64,000 nt of DNA from Schmidtea polychroa. Its lineage: Eukaryota. Each line of letters opens with the position of its first letter. Position 1 is the first letter of the stretch. Made by a program: the position numbers and the translations under genes. The notes beneath the pieces were generated by a model, which searched no databases, was not told where the DNA came from, and worked only from the letters and a program-made list of their open reading frames with translations. The stretch covers positions 31,684,001 to 31,748,000 of the forward strand of contig CM097885.1 in NCBI GenBank assembly GCA_044892525.1. The letters are read 5' to 3'. Of this stretch, positions 13,286 through 26,199 are shown one piece after another.

Positions 13286-16147
13286 TTAAAGTACTTGTTT
13301 CGATTTGCATTCATTTCTAGACATAGTAGTTGCAATATGCATTTGGCGAATCTTATAGTGACCGTAGGCATAACTTTCATTACAATTGTACCAATACCTT
13401 TTATCGTCCAAACATTGGAGAGCTCGTTTTTCTGTCATGAAAGTATACAACTGATGATTGACACTTCCTATTCTTTTTTGTGGGATGCTCACTGTTCCAC
13501 CATCAGTATACACTTTTTTATAGGCTTCATGTGTAAGATTAGAGTTTGTAAGTCTTATTCCTTTGGCTTTTAGAGTGTTTTTATCGCCTTGGAGTGAGTA
13601 GCACTTGGGTCGAAGAAACACCCATTCTTTATATTGATTTCCTTTATTCTCATCCTTAACTTTCCCGATTACAGAACAAATTTTATCAGAGAACAACGGA
13701 TCGGTCACTGGATAATTTGAAGTATCTAGTAGCCCATCTTCAATCATTTTTGGATATAGTTGTAAGCGTAAATCTACATTTTTACACTCTAAAAAGAAGG
13801 AATCTGTGTCACCAGCTACGATATTAATTTGACAATTGAATTTTTCTCTATAACTCTGTAGTTCTTTATATTGAAATTGGTACATGCGAAGTTTGGATAA
13901 ATCAAGTACGGTTTGTCCAATATACATTGGTCTATCTAAACACACAATTTCCTTATTGAGTATAACAGCAATGAGATCATCCGCAATCTTGATGCTACGA
14001 CGAAACATAGGATGACTACAATAAGTTATCAATCTTTTGCTTTTGCTGCATAATCTCAAATTTATACGTTTCTTCAAGTTTTCCACAGTTTTACCGTATA
14101 AACTGTTGTTCTTTAACTTATAATAATCTCGCTGAAACGAATCCGTACTAGCTGCTCTCATTTTGGTATTGTAATCAATATATCCTTTGAAAATAGCCAC
14201 TTGTTTGAATTCTACAGCACGATTAACTTTTGTGACTTTTGCGCCGTAACTCAACCACTCTGTCAAAACTCTACCATTAACTACATAGTTTTTCTTATGC
14301 TCATGAGTTAACAACAGCTTTTCAACTTTACTACCAGGTGGATAACAAAGCTCAGGAGCTATAGGTAAATCATCTAGCTTATCTTGTATACTATCAGGAA
14401 TGACGATATCAACCTCTAGAACATATCCACGATCTCCATCAAACTCATCCCCATTTGCACATCTTTCAACAATACCATTCATTTCAGTCTGATCATTTAT
14501 CCATCTAAATTCCCCAACAGGAAGTTTTTGCGACAGCGCCCATCCATATAAATTATTAACATCTAGGTATGACATTTGTGTTGATTCATCAGCTTCAACA
14601 TGATGTTTGTTGATAAATGTCATTCCACCACGAATACCAGCTTCAAATAAACGGTAAAGCTCTGGATCTTGAATAAGTTCTACCGGTTCAGGTAACTGTT
14701 TAATAGCTGATGCCCAACTTAATCCGGGTATGGAAACAAACGATAGAGCCTCAAGTCCATCTTCGTCAAATGTTTTTTCTCTGAAAGCTTCAAAAACATC
14801 GGCCAACAGAAAAACATCCAACTTGAGATATACGAGCATGTAATCTAGCAGTGTCTCACAGTTGTATTGTTGCCAGATTCGATTTGCATGTATATAATCT
14901 TCTTGACTAACTCCCTCCCAAATCGGTGGTAATTCTGTTATTGACTGTAAAACATCCATTGATGTAGCCATATCATAAGGAAAAATGGTTTTACAAGTCA
15001 TCATCTGTGATTCGAAAACATCTGAGGTCAGTGGAAGACATGGTAAATTTCTTGATAAATTTGCCAAGCTGCTATTTAAAAATTGTAAAGAATCAATGAA
15101 TCTCATTCTTCTGCCTTTCGATGTCGCTGTAAGTGTGAGAAACTTTTCTGTTGATTGAGGAATAACATTTAAATTCCAATCAGGGAATTTTCCAATTGCA
15201 TATTTTAATATATGATGAATGTCATATCCACGAAGATTATGAAATACAACAGGTAAAGACGGATTGATTCTTCTAGCCAAGTTGCAATCTTGACATGCTG
15301 CTCCGAGATATTGACCAGTAAAATGATCATGATCTCGAACAGGTATATTGATAATCTTTTTACAAAGGTAGCAATGAGTTTGATTCGTAAATTCTTCCTG
15401 CTGTTCCCAAGTGAGTTCCATCATTTCCTTTGATCCATTAATTTTATACCACGGATAAACTATGTCTGTAGCTATATCATCCAATGCTTGTATGAACTGA
15501 ATGATACAGTTTTCCCCAACAAATGTTTCATTTCGGATCGGACAACCTTGATGAAGAAGCACAAATTCAGATGCAATCGGCTCATGTTTTTGGAAGTGTT
15601 TGTCATCTAGAGGTAATATCGATTCAAAGTCCGCGTAGACAACAAACTGCTGTTTTATAGTTTTACTCCAGTCTTTAAATTCGATATATTTATTCTCTGG
15701 CATTGAGTATAGAGTCGTCCGCTCCACATTTTTCCTACAAAGACCTATATGTCTTTCAAAAGCAGGACGTTTTCGAAACCCATGAAGACATGTATGACAC
15801 CATTGTGATTGGATTCTGACTCCTTCTACTCTATCTCTGTAATTCAGCAGTCGATCGAGATTGGTTACAGCCAAAAAATGATAATTTAATTCTAAAATTT
15901 AGTTAATATTTTAATGATTAAAGGAAATATTACCTTCTTCAATCAATAAGAGATATATCTGAGATCCCGTCGAAGTACTTCTATATACCAAGTCAACGAA
16001 CGGATTCTTGAAAATATCATTAGTTTTTTGTTTAATTGGATCTTTATTATATTTGAGAACATTGATCGCTAGATTAGGATTCATTGCTTCAAATTGGCAA
16101 ATGTTAACCAACTTCATTGGAAACCAATCTGATTTCCATTTTAACTC

Positions 16148-16185
<38 letters not shown>

Positions 16186-17277
16186 GAATGATATAAATAT
16201 ATATTACCACTTAAATTATATTTCATTACTCTTTCTCTGTGGTGTTTTATGTCATCATAATGTAATACAGCCAGTATGCCATATAAAAAGCAGAATTGAT
16301 CATTATTTTGAACATTAACTAAAGCCTGACAGTTTTTCAGGTAATTTGGCGTTTTAATGTAACTTGAACCTAAGTAAATATCTTGATTTATATATATAAT
16401 AATGTAAATAAACTTACCAGATACATGTATTATGTCTGATAATTTAGTTAAAATCATAGTAACTTCTAATATTTTATGAATTCTCCACCCACTACTTTGT
16501 TGAGTGTATTTCTCCAACTTTTCTTTTAATTTTTCAATTCCATCATTAATAAATGAAGATGACATTGTAATTGCTTTATTCGACAAACACCATTTTTTAA
16601 TTTCACCATCCTCTTTGATAAACTCTGCACAAAGTCCAAATTGGATTTTTACTGTCCCCATTCGTTGAATATGATCTTCTATTTCTTTGATGAGACAATC
16701 TGGAACAACAATGTCAGGAGAATTAATTGCAGATACATCGCTTGTCAATTCAACACGAGAACCGTTTAAGTCAGACTCCCGACGTGGACACAATTGTATG
16801 TTAGAGTCTCCATTTCCGTAAAATATTGACTTTCGTTTTGTGGTGCCAGAGTTTTGTCTAACTATATTTATAATTAATATTAAACAACTTAAATAACATA
16901 ACTTGTAACATATTCTTTAATCTCCTTAGGATCGTATGATGTATTCATTTTCGATTGTACTATAAAAAATTAATAATTGTTAATAGTAGAAAGAGTATTA
17001 CTTTTAGTGATCATCCTGCTCTTCGTTTCTTCGAATCTTCTAAGATGGTGTCCGTGTTGTCGTACAAACATTAACCACCTACCTGGTGTTATAATGAGAC
17101 ATTCCGGACATATGTAACCCGATAAGGTAGAGTCATTTATCTTGAAATATGATGATGTAACTGATTTACAGTTCTCCACATCTTCATGACTTTCGGCAAT
17201 ACAAAATTTATATAAACTGCATCCGTTCACTAAAAAATAATCATTAATATTAGATAGAGAATAAAAATTTATTCACT
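13286..17277 (-). CDS. polB: Mirror copy of the spliced pPolB gene. Predicted exons 17277, 17229-17002, 16959-16903, 16861-16418, 16369-16208, 16146-15934, 15891-13286
   Basis: ORF translations (862, 99, 229, 86 aa) are identical to those of the right arm, with mirrored splice sites. Confidence 0.9.
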
Positions 17278-17327
17278 TATATAAGTTAAATTAAAAGTTT
17301 AAATGACAAACATTTGAAAAGTTACTG

Positions 17328-17437
17328 CTTATATATTACACATGATTAAATTCTGACCAATCAAAATCAAGGAAGGGGTAGGAAAAATAAATATATTCTG
17401 ACCAATCAAAATCAAGGAAGGGGTAGGAAAAATAAAT
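17328..17437 (-). promoter_or_regulatory. Mirror copy of the putative polB promoter
   Basis: Two copies of TTCTGACCAATCAAAATCAAGGAAGGGGTAGGAAAAATAAAT, plus CTTATATA. Confidence 0.6.
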
Positions 17438-18549
17438 GCATTACATTGCAGTATTTTAAAACTTAAATTTTAAAACACATTTTGACGCTAAAGTTGACTT
17501 ATTTAACATTTTCATAATAATTTAATAAAAATAATGTGTTGAACTCACAAAGTAATATCATTTTTTTTTTTTCATCAAATTGCAAAACAGTAATAACGTT
17601 TTCATAAAATTGTAACAAAGTAATAACATATTTCAGATAAATTTTCAACAGTTGTAAAATATTTATCAAATTGTAACTAAAATAATAAAAATATTGCAAC
17701 AAAGTAATAAAATAATGATGTTAATTGGGACAAATCAATACATTATTTCGAAGACGGACAACAAATTAAAAAAGAATATTGTAATAAATTGTGAAGTCTT
17801 TCAGTAAATTACAACAAAGTAATAACATATTTCGGAAATATTTCACCAGATGTAAAATATTTAAGCAAATTGTTATAAGATTATAAAAATATTGCAACAA
17901 AGTAATAAAATAATACAACATTTTAAACTCTAGATCAATCCATTTTATAGAAAATTAAATTTTATCTCTATAATATATGAATAAATATACAAGGAAATTA
18001 CGTTAACGTATAATAAAACATGTGTGTATTACACACAAAACAAGATACATAATTTCTAATCAATCCATTTTATAGAAAATTAAATTTTATCTATATATTA
18101 TATGAATAAAATCCTAAGAAAATTACGTTAACCGCGCGAAAAATACAAATTTATCGTAAAAACATGTGTGTATTACACACAACATACGAGACATAATTTT
18201 TAATCAAGCTATTTTATAGAAAATTAAATTTTATCTATATATTAAATGAATAAAAATCCAAGAAAATAACGTTAAGCGCGCGAAAAAATACAAATTTATT
18301 GTAAAAACATGTGTGCATTACACACAAAGCACCAAACTGAAATTGTAATTGCGCCGTGTTGTAGAGAATTAAATTCTGCCTATACATTGTTACACTTAAA
18401 TCTCGATCAGACCTGTGAAAAGAGACATAAAAGAGAAAGAACAGTAGAGTAGTATGATTGGTCCCCGCCAGACCAGGTCCCCTCCAGACCACATATACCC
18501 CCTCCCCCCCCCCCTCCCCCCCGGGAAAAATTTTTTTTTTTTTTAAAAT

Positions 18550-20950
18550 AAAAGGTCAAGGTCATTTTTTAATTTAATTTTTTGTTTTAATTAAGTGATC
18601 ATTTAATTTTTCAAGGTCATATTTTAAAATTTAAATGTACAGAGTTCCCGCCAACAAATATTATTAAACGATACCTCATCTTAAAGCTCGGTCTAAGACC
18701 TTTCGATTGATCCATAGAAGGTGTCATCATCATTAATATTAACAAAGTTATTAACATTTAACCAAAAATCATTTTCAAGGTCATATAATTATTAGTGGTC
18801 CAGCGGTGACCTGGTTTTCGTTTGCCCCAAAGTTATCGTTCCCATTATCCGAATTTATTAATCGATAGCTTATTTTGAAGCGTAGTCTAAGACCTTTCAA
18901 TTGAGCCATAGAAGGTATCATCATCATTAACATCGGCAAAGTTATTAAAGTTTTACCGAGACCATTTTTCAAGGTCATTTATTTTTCAAAATATTATTTT
19001 CAAGGTCAAGGTCAAGGTCATTTATTTTTTCAAGGTCATTTATTTTTTCAAGGTCATTTATTTTTTCAAGGTCATTTATTTTTTCAAGGTCATTTATTTT
19101 TTCAAGGTCATATTTTAAAATTTAAATGTACAGAGTTCCCGACAACGATAATTATTCAACGATAGCTCATTTTAAAGCCCAATGCAAGACCTTTCGATTG
19201 ATTCATAGAAGGTATCATCATCATTATTATTGACAAAGTTATTATCAATTAACCAAAAATCATTTTCAAGGTCATATAATTATTAGTGGTCCAGCGGTGA
19301 CCTGGTTTTCGTTTGCCCCAAAGTTATCGTTCCCATTATCCGAATTTATTAATCGATAGCTTAATTTGAAGCTTAGTGCAAGATCTATCTACTGATGTAT
19401 AAATATTATCATCATCATTATTATTGGCAAAATTATTAACGTTTTCCCGAGACCATTTTCAAGGTCATTTATTTTTCAAAATATTATTTCCAAGGTCATT
19501 TATTTTTTCAAGGTCATTTATTATTTCCAAGGTCATTTATTTTTTCAAGGTCATTTTTTTTTTTCAAGGTCATTTTTTAATTTAATTTTTTGTTTTAATT
19601 AAGTGATCATTTAATTTTTCAAGGTCATATTTTAAAATTTAAATGTACAGAGTTCCCGCCAACAAATATTATTAAACGATACCTCATTTTAAAGCTCGGT
19701 CTAAGACCTTTCGATTGATCCATAGAAGGTATCATCATCATTAATATTAACAAAGTTATTAACATTTAACCAAAAATCATTTTCAAGGTCATATAATTAT
19801 TAGTGGTCCAGCGGTGACCTGGTTTTCGTTTGCCCCAAAGTTATCGTTCCCATTATCCGAATTTATTATTTGATAGCTTATTTTGAAGCTTAGTGCAAGA
19901 TCTATCTACTGATGTATAAATATTATCATCATCATTATTATTGGCAAAATTATTAACGTTTTCCCGAGACCATTTTCAAGGTCATTTATTTTTCAAAATA
20001 TTATTATTTCCAAGGTCATTTATTTTTTCAAGGTCGCGTGACTCATCAAGGTCATTCCCAAGGTCATTTTTTTTTTTCAAGGTCATTTTTTAATTTAATT
20101 TTTTGTTTTAATTAAGTGATCATTTAATTTTTCAAGGTCATATTTTAAAATTTAAATGTACAGAGTTCCCGCCAACAAATATTATTAAACGATACCTCAT
20201 TTTAAAGCTCGGTCTAAGACCTTTCGATTGATCCATAGAAGGTATCATCATCATTAATATTAACAAAGTTATTAACATTTAACCAAAAATCATTTTCAAG
20301 GTCATATAATTATTAGTGGTCCAGCGGTGACCTGGTTTTCGTTTGCCCCAAAGTTATCGTTCCCATTATCCGAATTTATTATTTGATAGCTTATTTTGAA
20401 GCTTAGTGCAAGATCTATCTACTGATGTATAAATATTATCATCATCATTATTATTGGCAAAATTATTAACGTTTTCCCGAGACCATTTTCAAGGTCATTT
20501 ATTTTTCAAAATATTATTATTTCCAAGGTCATTTATTTTTTCAAGGTCGCGTGACTCATCAAGGTCATTCCCAAGGTCATTTTTTTTTTCAAGGTCATTT
20601 TTTAATTTAATTTTTTGTTTTAATTAAGTGATCATTTAATTTTTCAAGGTCATATTTTAAAATTTAAATGTACAGAGTTCCCGCCAACAAATATTATTAA
20701 ACGATACCTCATTTTAAAGCTCGGTCTAAGACCTTTCGATTGATCCATGGAAGGTATCATCATCATTAATATTAACAAAGTTATTAACATTTAACCAAAA
20801 ATCATTTTCAAGGTCATATAATTATTAGTGGTCCAGCGGTGACCTGGTTTTCGTTTGCCCCAAAGTTATCGTTCCCATTATCCGAATTTATTATTGGATA
20901 GCTTATTTTGAAGCTTAGTGCAAGATCTATCTACTGATGTATAAATATTA
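18550..20950 (+). repeat. Central non-palindromic spacer: about five tandem ~490-517-bp units rich in CAAGGTCA
   Basis: Marker GTCCAGCGGTGACCTGG recurs at ~18797, 19289, 19806, 20319 and 20831. Roughly 35 CAAGGTCA motifs by eye, all on the + strand, some in 18-bp sub-repeats (TTTATTTTTTCAAGGTCA). Confidence 0.92.
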
Positions 20951-21154
20951 TTATTAACATTATTTTACACACGGGGGGGGGAGAGGGTATATGTGGCCTG
21001 GCGGTGACCTGGTCTGGATGGCCCCAATCATACTACTCTACTGTTCTTTCTCTTTTATGTCTCTTTTCACAGGTCTGATCGAGATTTAAGTGTAACAATG
21101 TATAGGCAGAATTTAATTCTCTACAACACGGCGCAATTACAATTTCAGTTTGGT

Positions 21155-21550
21155 GCTTTGTGTGTAATGCACACATGTTTTTACAATAAATTTGTATTTT
21201 TTCGCGCGCTTAACGTTATTTTCTTGGATTTTTATTCATTTAATATATAGATAAAATTTAATTTTCTATAAAATAGCTTGATTAAAAATTATGTCTCGTA
21301 TGTTGTGTGTAATACACACATGTTTTTACGATAAATTTGTATTTTTCGCGCGGTTAACGTAATTTTCTTAGGATTTTATTCATATAATATATAGATAAAA
21401 TTTAATTTTCTATAAAATGGATTGATTAGAAATTATGTATCTTGTTTTGTGTGTAATACACACATGTTTTATTATACGTTAACGTAATTTCCTTGTATAT
21501 TTATTCATATATTATAGAGATAAAATTTAATTTTCTATAAAATGGATTGA
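21155..21550. repeat. Three degenerate ~120-bp tandem repeats in the inner arm (mirror copy ~17935-18330)
   Basis: TGTGTGTAATRCACACATGTTTT, TTAACGT and ATAAAATTTAATTTTCTATAAAAT each recur three times. Confidence 0.8.
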
Positions 21551-22047
21551 TCTAGAGTTTAAAATGTTGTATTATTTTATTACTTTGTTGCAATATTTTT
21601 ATAATCTTATAACAATTTGCTTAAATATTTTACATCTGGTGAAATATTTCCGAAATATGTTATTACTTTGTTGTAATTTACTGAAAGACTTCACAATTTA
21701 TTACAATATTCTTTTTTAATTTGTTGTCCGTCTTCGAAATAATGTATTGATTTGTCCCAATTAACATCATTATTTTATTACTTTGTTGCAATATTTTTAT
21801 TATTTTAGTTACAATTTGATAAATATTTTACAACTGTTGAAAATTTATCTGAAATATGTTATTACTTTGTTACAATTTTATGAAAACGTTATTACTGTTT
21901 TGCAATTTGATGAAAAAAAAAAAATGATATTACTTTGTGAGTTCAACACATTATTTTTATTAAATTATTATGAAAATGTTAAATAAGTCAACTTTAGCGT
22001 CAAAATGTGTTTTAAAATTTAAGTTTTAAAATACTGCAATGTAATGC

Positions 22048-22157
22048 ATTTATTTTTCCTACCCCTTCCTTGATTTTGATTGGTCAGAATATATTTATTT
22101 TTCCTACCCCTTCCTTGATTTTGATTGGTCAGAATTTAATCATGTGTAATATATAAG
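22048..22157 (+). promoter_or_regulatory. Putative Pol II promoter of polB: two direct repeats (45-bp period) each with an inverted CCAAT box, followed by a TATA-like box
   Basis: ATTTATTTTTCCTACCCCTTCCTTGATTTTGATTGGTCAGAAT at 22048 and 22093. TATATAAG at 22150-22157, ~50 nt before the first splice donor. Confidence 0.6.
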
Positions 22158-22207
22158 CAGTAACTTTTCAAATGTTTGTCATTTAAACTTTTAATTTAAC
22201 TTATATA

Positions 22208-23299
22208 AGTGAATAAATTTTTATTCTCTATCTAATATTAATGATTATTTTTTAGTGAACGGATGCAGTTTATATAAATTTTGTATTGCCGAAAGTCATG
22301 AAGATGTGGAGAACTGTAAATCAGTTACATCATCATATTTCAAGATAAATGACTCTACCTTATCGGGTTACATATGTCCGGAATGTCTCATTATAACACC
22401 AGGTAGGTGGTTAATGTTTGTACGACAACACGGACACCATCTTAGAAGATTCGAAGAAACGAAGAGCAGGATGATCACTAAAAGTAATACTCTTTCTACT
22501 ATTAACAATTATTAATTTTTTATAGTACAATCGAAAATGAATACATCATACGATCCTAAGGAGATTAAAGAATATGTTACAAGTTATGTTATTTAAGTTG
22601 TTTAATATTAATTATAAATATAGTTAGACAAAACTCTGGCACCACAAAACGAAAGTCAATATTTTACGGAAATGGAGACTCTAACATACAATTGTGTCCA
22701 CGTCGGGAGTCTGACTTAAACGGTTCTCGTGTTGAATTGACAAGCGATGTATCTGCAATTAATTCTCCTGACATTGTTGTTCCAGATTGTCTCATCAAAG
22801 AAATAGAAGATCATATTCAACGAATGGGGACAGTAAAAATCCAATTTGGACTTTGTGCAGAGTTTATCAAAGAGGATGGTGAAATTAAAAAATGGTGTTT
22901 GTCGAATAAAGCAATTACAATGTCATCTTCATTTATTAATGATGGAATTGAAAAATTAAAAGAAAAGTTGGAGAAATACACTCAACAAAGTAGTGGGTGG
23001 AGAATTCATAAAATATTAGAAGTTACTATGATTTTAACTAAATTATCAGACATAATACATGTATCTGGTAAGTTTATTTACATTATTATATATATAAATC
23101 AAGATATTTACTTAGGTTCAAGTTACATTAAAACGCCAAATTACCTGAAAAACTGTCAGGCTTTAGTTAATGTTCAAAATAATGATCAATTCTGCTTTTT
23201 ATATGGCATACTGGCTGTATTACATTATGATGACATAAAACACCACAGAGAAAGAGTAATGAAATATAATTTAAGTGGTAATATATATTTATATCATTC

Positions 23300-23337
<38 letters not shown>

Positions 23338-26199
23338 GAGTTAAAATGGAAATCAGATTGGTTTCCAATGAAGTTGGTTAACATTTGCCAATTTGAAGCA
23401 ATGAATCCTAATCTAGCGATCAATGTTCTCAAATATAATAAAGATCCAATTAAACAAAAAACTAATGATATTTTCAAGAATCCGTTCGTTGACTTGGTAT
23501 ATAGAAGTACTTCGACGGGATCTCAGATATATCTCTTATTGATTGAAGAAGGTAATATTTCCTTTAATCATTAAAATATTAACTAAATTTTAGAATTAAA
23601 TTATCATTTTTTGGCTGTAACCAATCTCGATCGACTGCTGAATTACAGAGATAGAGTAGAAGGAGTCAGAATCCAATCACAATGGTGTCATACATGTCTT
23701 CATGGGTTTCGAAAACGTCCTGCTTTTGAAAGACATATAGGTCTTTGTAGGAAAAATGTGGAGCGGACGACTCTATACTCAATGCCAGAGAATAAATATA
23801 TCGAATTTAAAGACTGGAGTAAAACTATAAAACAGCAGTTTGTTGTCTACGCGGACTTTGAATCGATATTACCTCTAGATGACAAACACTTCCAAAAACA
23901 TGAGCCGATTGCATCTGAATTTGTGCTTCTTCATCAAGGTTGTCCGATCCGAAATGAAACATTTGTTGGGGAAAACTGTATCATTCAGTTCATACAAGCA
24001 TTGGATGATATAGCTACAGACATAGTTTATCCGTGGTATAAAATTAATGGATCAAAGGAAATGATGGAACTCACTTGGGAACAGCAGGAAGAATTTACGA
24101 ATCAAACTCATTGCTACCTTTGTAAAAAGATTATCAATATACCTGTTCGAGATCATGATCATTTTACTGGTCAATATCTCGGAGCAGCATGTCAAGATTG
24201 CAACTTGGCTAGAAGAATCAATCCGTCTTTACCTGTTGTATTTCATAATCTTCGTGGATATGACATTCATCATATATTAAAATATGCAATTGGAAAATTC
24301 CCTGATTGGAATTTAAATGTTATTCCTCAATCAACAGAAAAGTTTCTCACACTTACAGCGACATCGAAAGGCAGAAGAATGAGATTCATTGATTCTTTAC
24401 AATTTTTAAATAGCAGCTTGGCAAATTTATCAAGAAATTTACCATGTCTTCCACTGACCTCAGATGTTTTCGAATCACAGATGATGACTTGTAAAACCAT
24501 TTTTCCTTATGATATGGCTACATCAATGGATGTTTTACAGTCAATAACAGAATTACCACCGATTTGGGAGGGAGTTAGTCAAGAAGATTATATACATGCA
24601 AATCGAATCTGGCAACAATACAACTGTGAGACACTGCTAGATTACATGCTCGTATATCTCAAGTTGGATGTTTTTCTGTTGGCCGATGTTTTTGAAGCTT
24701 TCAGAGAAAAAACATTTGACGAAGATGGACTTGAGGCTCTATCGTTTGTTTCCATACCCGGATTAAGTTGGGCATCAGCTATTAAACAGTTACCTGAACC
24801 GGTAGAACTTATTCAAGATCCAGAGCTTTACCGTTTATTTGAAGCTGGTATTCGTGGTGGAATGACATTTATCAACAAACATCATGTTGAAGCTGATGAA
24901 TCAACACAAATGTCATACCTAGATGTTAATAATTTATATGGATGGGCGCTGTCGCAAAAACTTCCTGTTGGGGAATTTAGATGGATAAATGATCAGACTG
25001 AAATGAATGGTATTGTTGAAAGATGTGCAAATGGGGATGAGTTTGATGGAGATCGTGGATATGTTCTAGAGGTTGATATCGTCATTCCTGATAGTATACA
25101 AGATAAGCTAGATGATTTACCTATAGCTCCTGAGCTTTGTTATCCACCTGGTAGTAAAGTTGAAAAGCTGTTGTTAACTCATGAGCATAAGAAAAACTAT
25201 GTAGTTAATGGTAGAGTTTTGACAGAGTGGTTGAGTTACGGCGCAAAAGTCACAAAAGTTAATCGTGCTGTAGAATTCAAACAAGTGGCTATTTTCAAAG
25301 GATATATTGATTACAATACCAAAATGAGAGCAGCTAGTACGGATTCGTTTCAGCGAGATTATTATAAGTTAAAGAACAACAGTTTATACGGTAAAACTGT
25401 GGAAAACTTGAAGAAACGTATAAATTTGAGATTATGCAGCAAAAGCAAAAGATTGATAACTTATTGTAGTCATCCTATGTTTCGTCGTAGCATCAAGATT
25501 GCGGATGATCTCATTGCTGTTATACTCAATAAGGAAATTGTGTGTTTAGATAGACCAATGTATATTGGACAAACCGTACTTGATTTATCCAAACTTCGCA
25601 TGTACCAATTTCAATATAAAGAACTACAGAGTTATAGAGAAAAATTCAATTGTCAAATTAATATCGTAGCTGGTGACACAGATTCCTTCTTTTTAGAGTG
25701 TAAAAATGTAGATTTACGCTTACAACTATATCCAAAAATGATTGAAGATGGGCTACTAGATACTTCAAATTATCCAGTGACCGATCCGTTGTTCTCTGAT
25801 AAAATTTGTTCTGTAATCGGGAAAGTTAAGGATGAGAATAAAGGAAATCAATATAAAGAATGGGTGTTTCTTCGACCCAAGTGCTACTCACTCCAAGGCG
25901 ATAAAAACACTCTAAAAGCCAAAGGAATAAGACTTACAAACTCTAATCTTACACATGAAGCCTATAAAAAAGTGTATACTGATGGTGGAACAGTGAGCAT
26001 CCCACAAAAAAGAATAGGAAGTGTCAATCATCAGTTGTATACTTTCATGACAGAAAAACGAGCTCTCCAATGTTTGGACGATAAAAGGTATTGGTACAAT
26101 TGTAATGAAAGTTATGCCTACGGTCACTATAAGATTCGCCAAATGCATATTGCAACTACTATGTCTAGAAATGAATGCAAATCGAAACAAGTACTTTAA
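22208..26199 (+). CDS. polB: Protein-primed family B DNA polymerase polyprotein (terminal-protein/OTU-like N-terminus, Zn finger, 3'-5' exonuclease with endonuclease VII insert, polymerase). Predicted exons 22208, 22256-22483, 22526-22582, 22624-23067, 23116-23277, 23339-23551, 23594-26199; 1236 aa
   Basis: ExoI YADFES, ExoII HNLRGYD, ExoIII YLKLDV, motif A YLDVNNLYG, motif B KLKNNSLYGK, motif C GDTDS, plus LRPKCYS, KAKGI and DDKRY. Six GT-AG introns of 41-61 nt join the four ORF-track pieces into one 3711-nt frame. The 5' exon model is manual. Confidence 0.9.

Larger units (their letters stand above)
12492..18461. repeat. Left ~6-kb inverted arm of copy 1
   Basis: Reverse complement of 21024-26991. 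Paired coordinates sum to 39485 from the polB stop codon to the inner boundary, with only a 2-nt offset arising in the AT-rich terminal part. Confidence 0.95.

Noticed and set aside
13283..13573. 96-aa antisense ORF repeated four times (also 25912, 57383, 59604)
   Set aside because: Shadow of the polB 3' end with a TTG start and no recognisable motif. It recurs only because the arms are duplicated.
18550..20950. CRISPR array
   Set aside because: Sequences between motifs are themselves repeated (no unique spacers), there are no cas genes, and the context is eukaryotic.
21783..21986. 67-aa ORF (mirror 17499-17702) and spacer-edge ORFs 18235-18492 and 18781-18978 as accessory genes
   Set aside because: They lie in AT-rich repeats, have low complexity and show no motifs.
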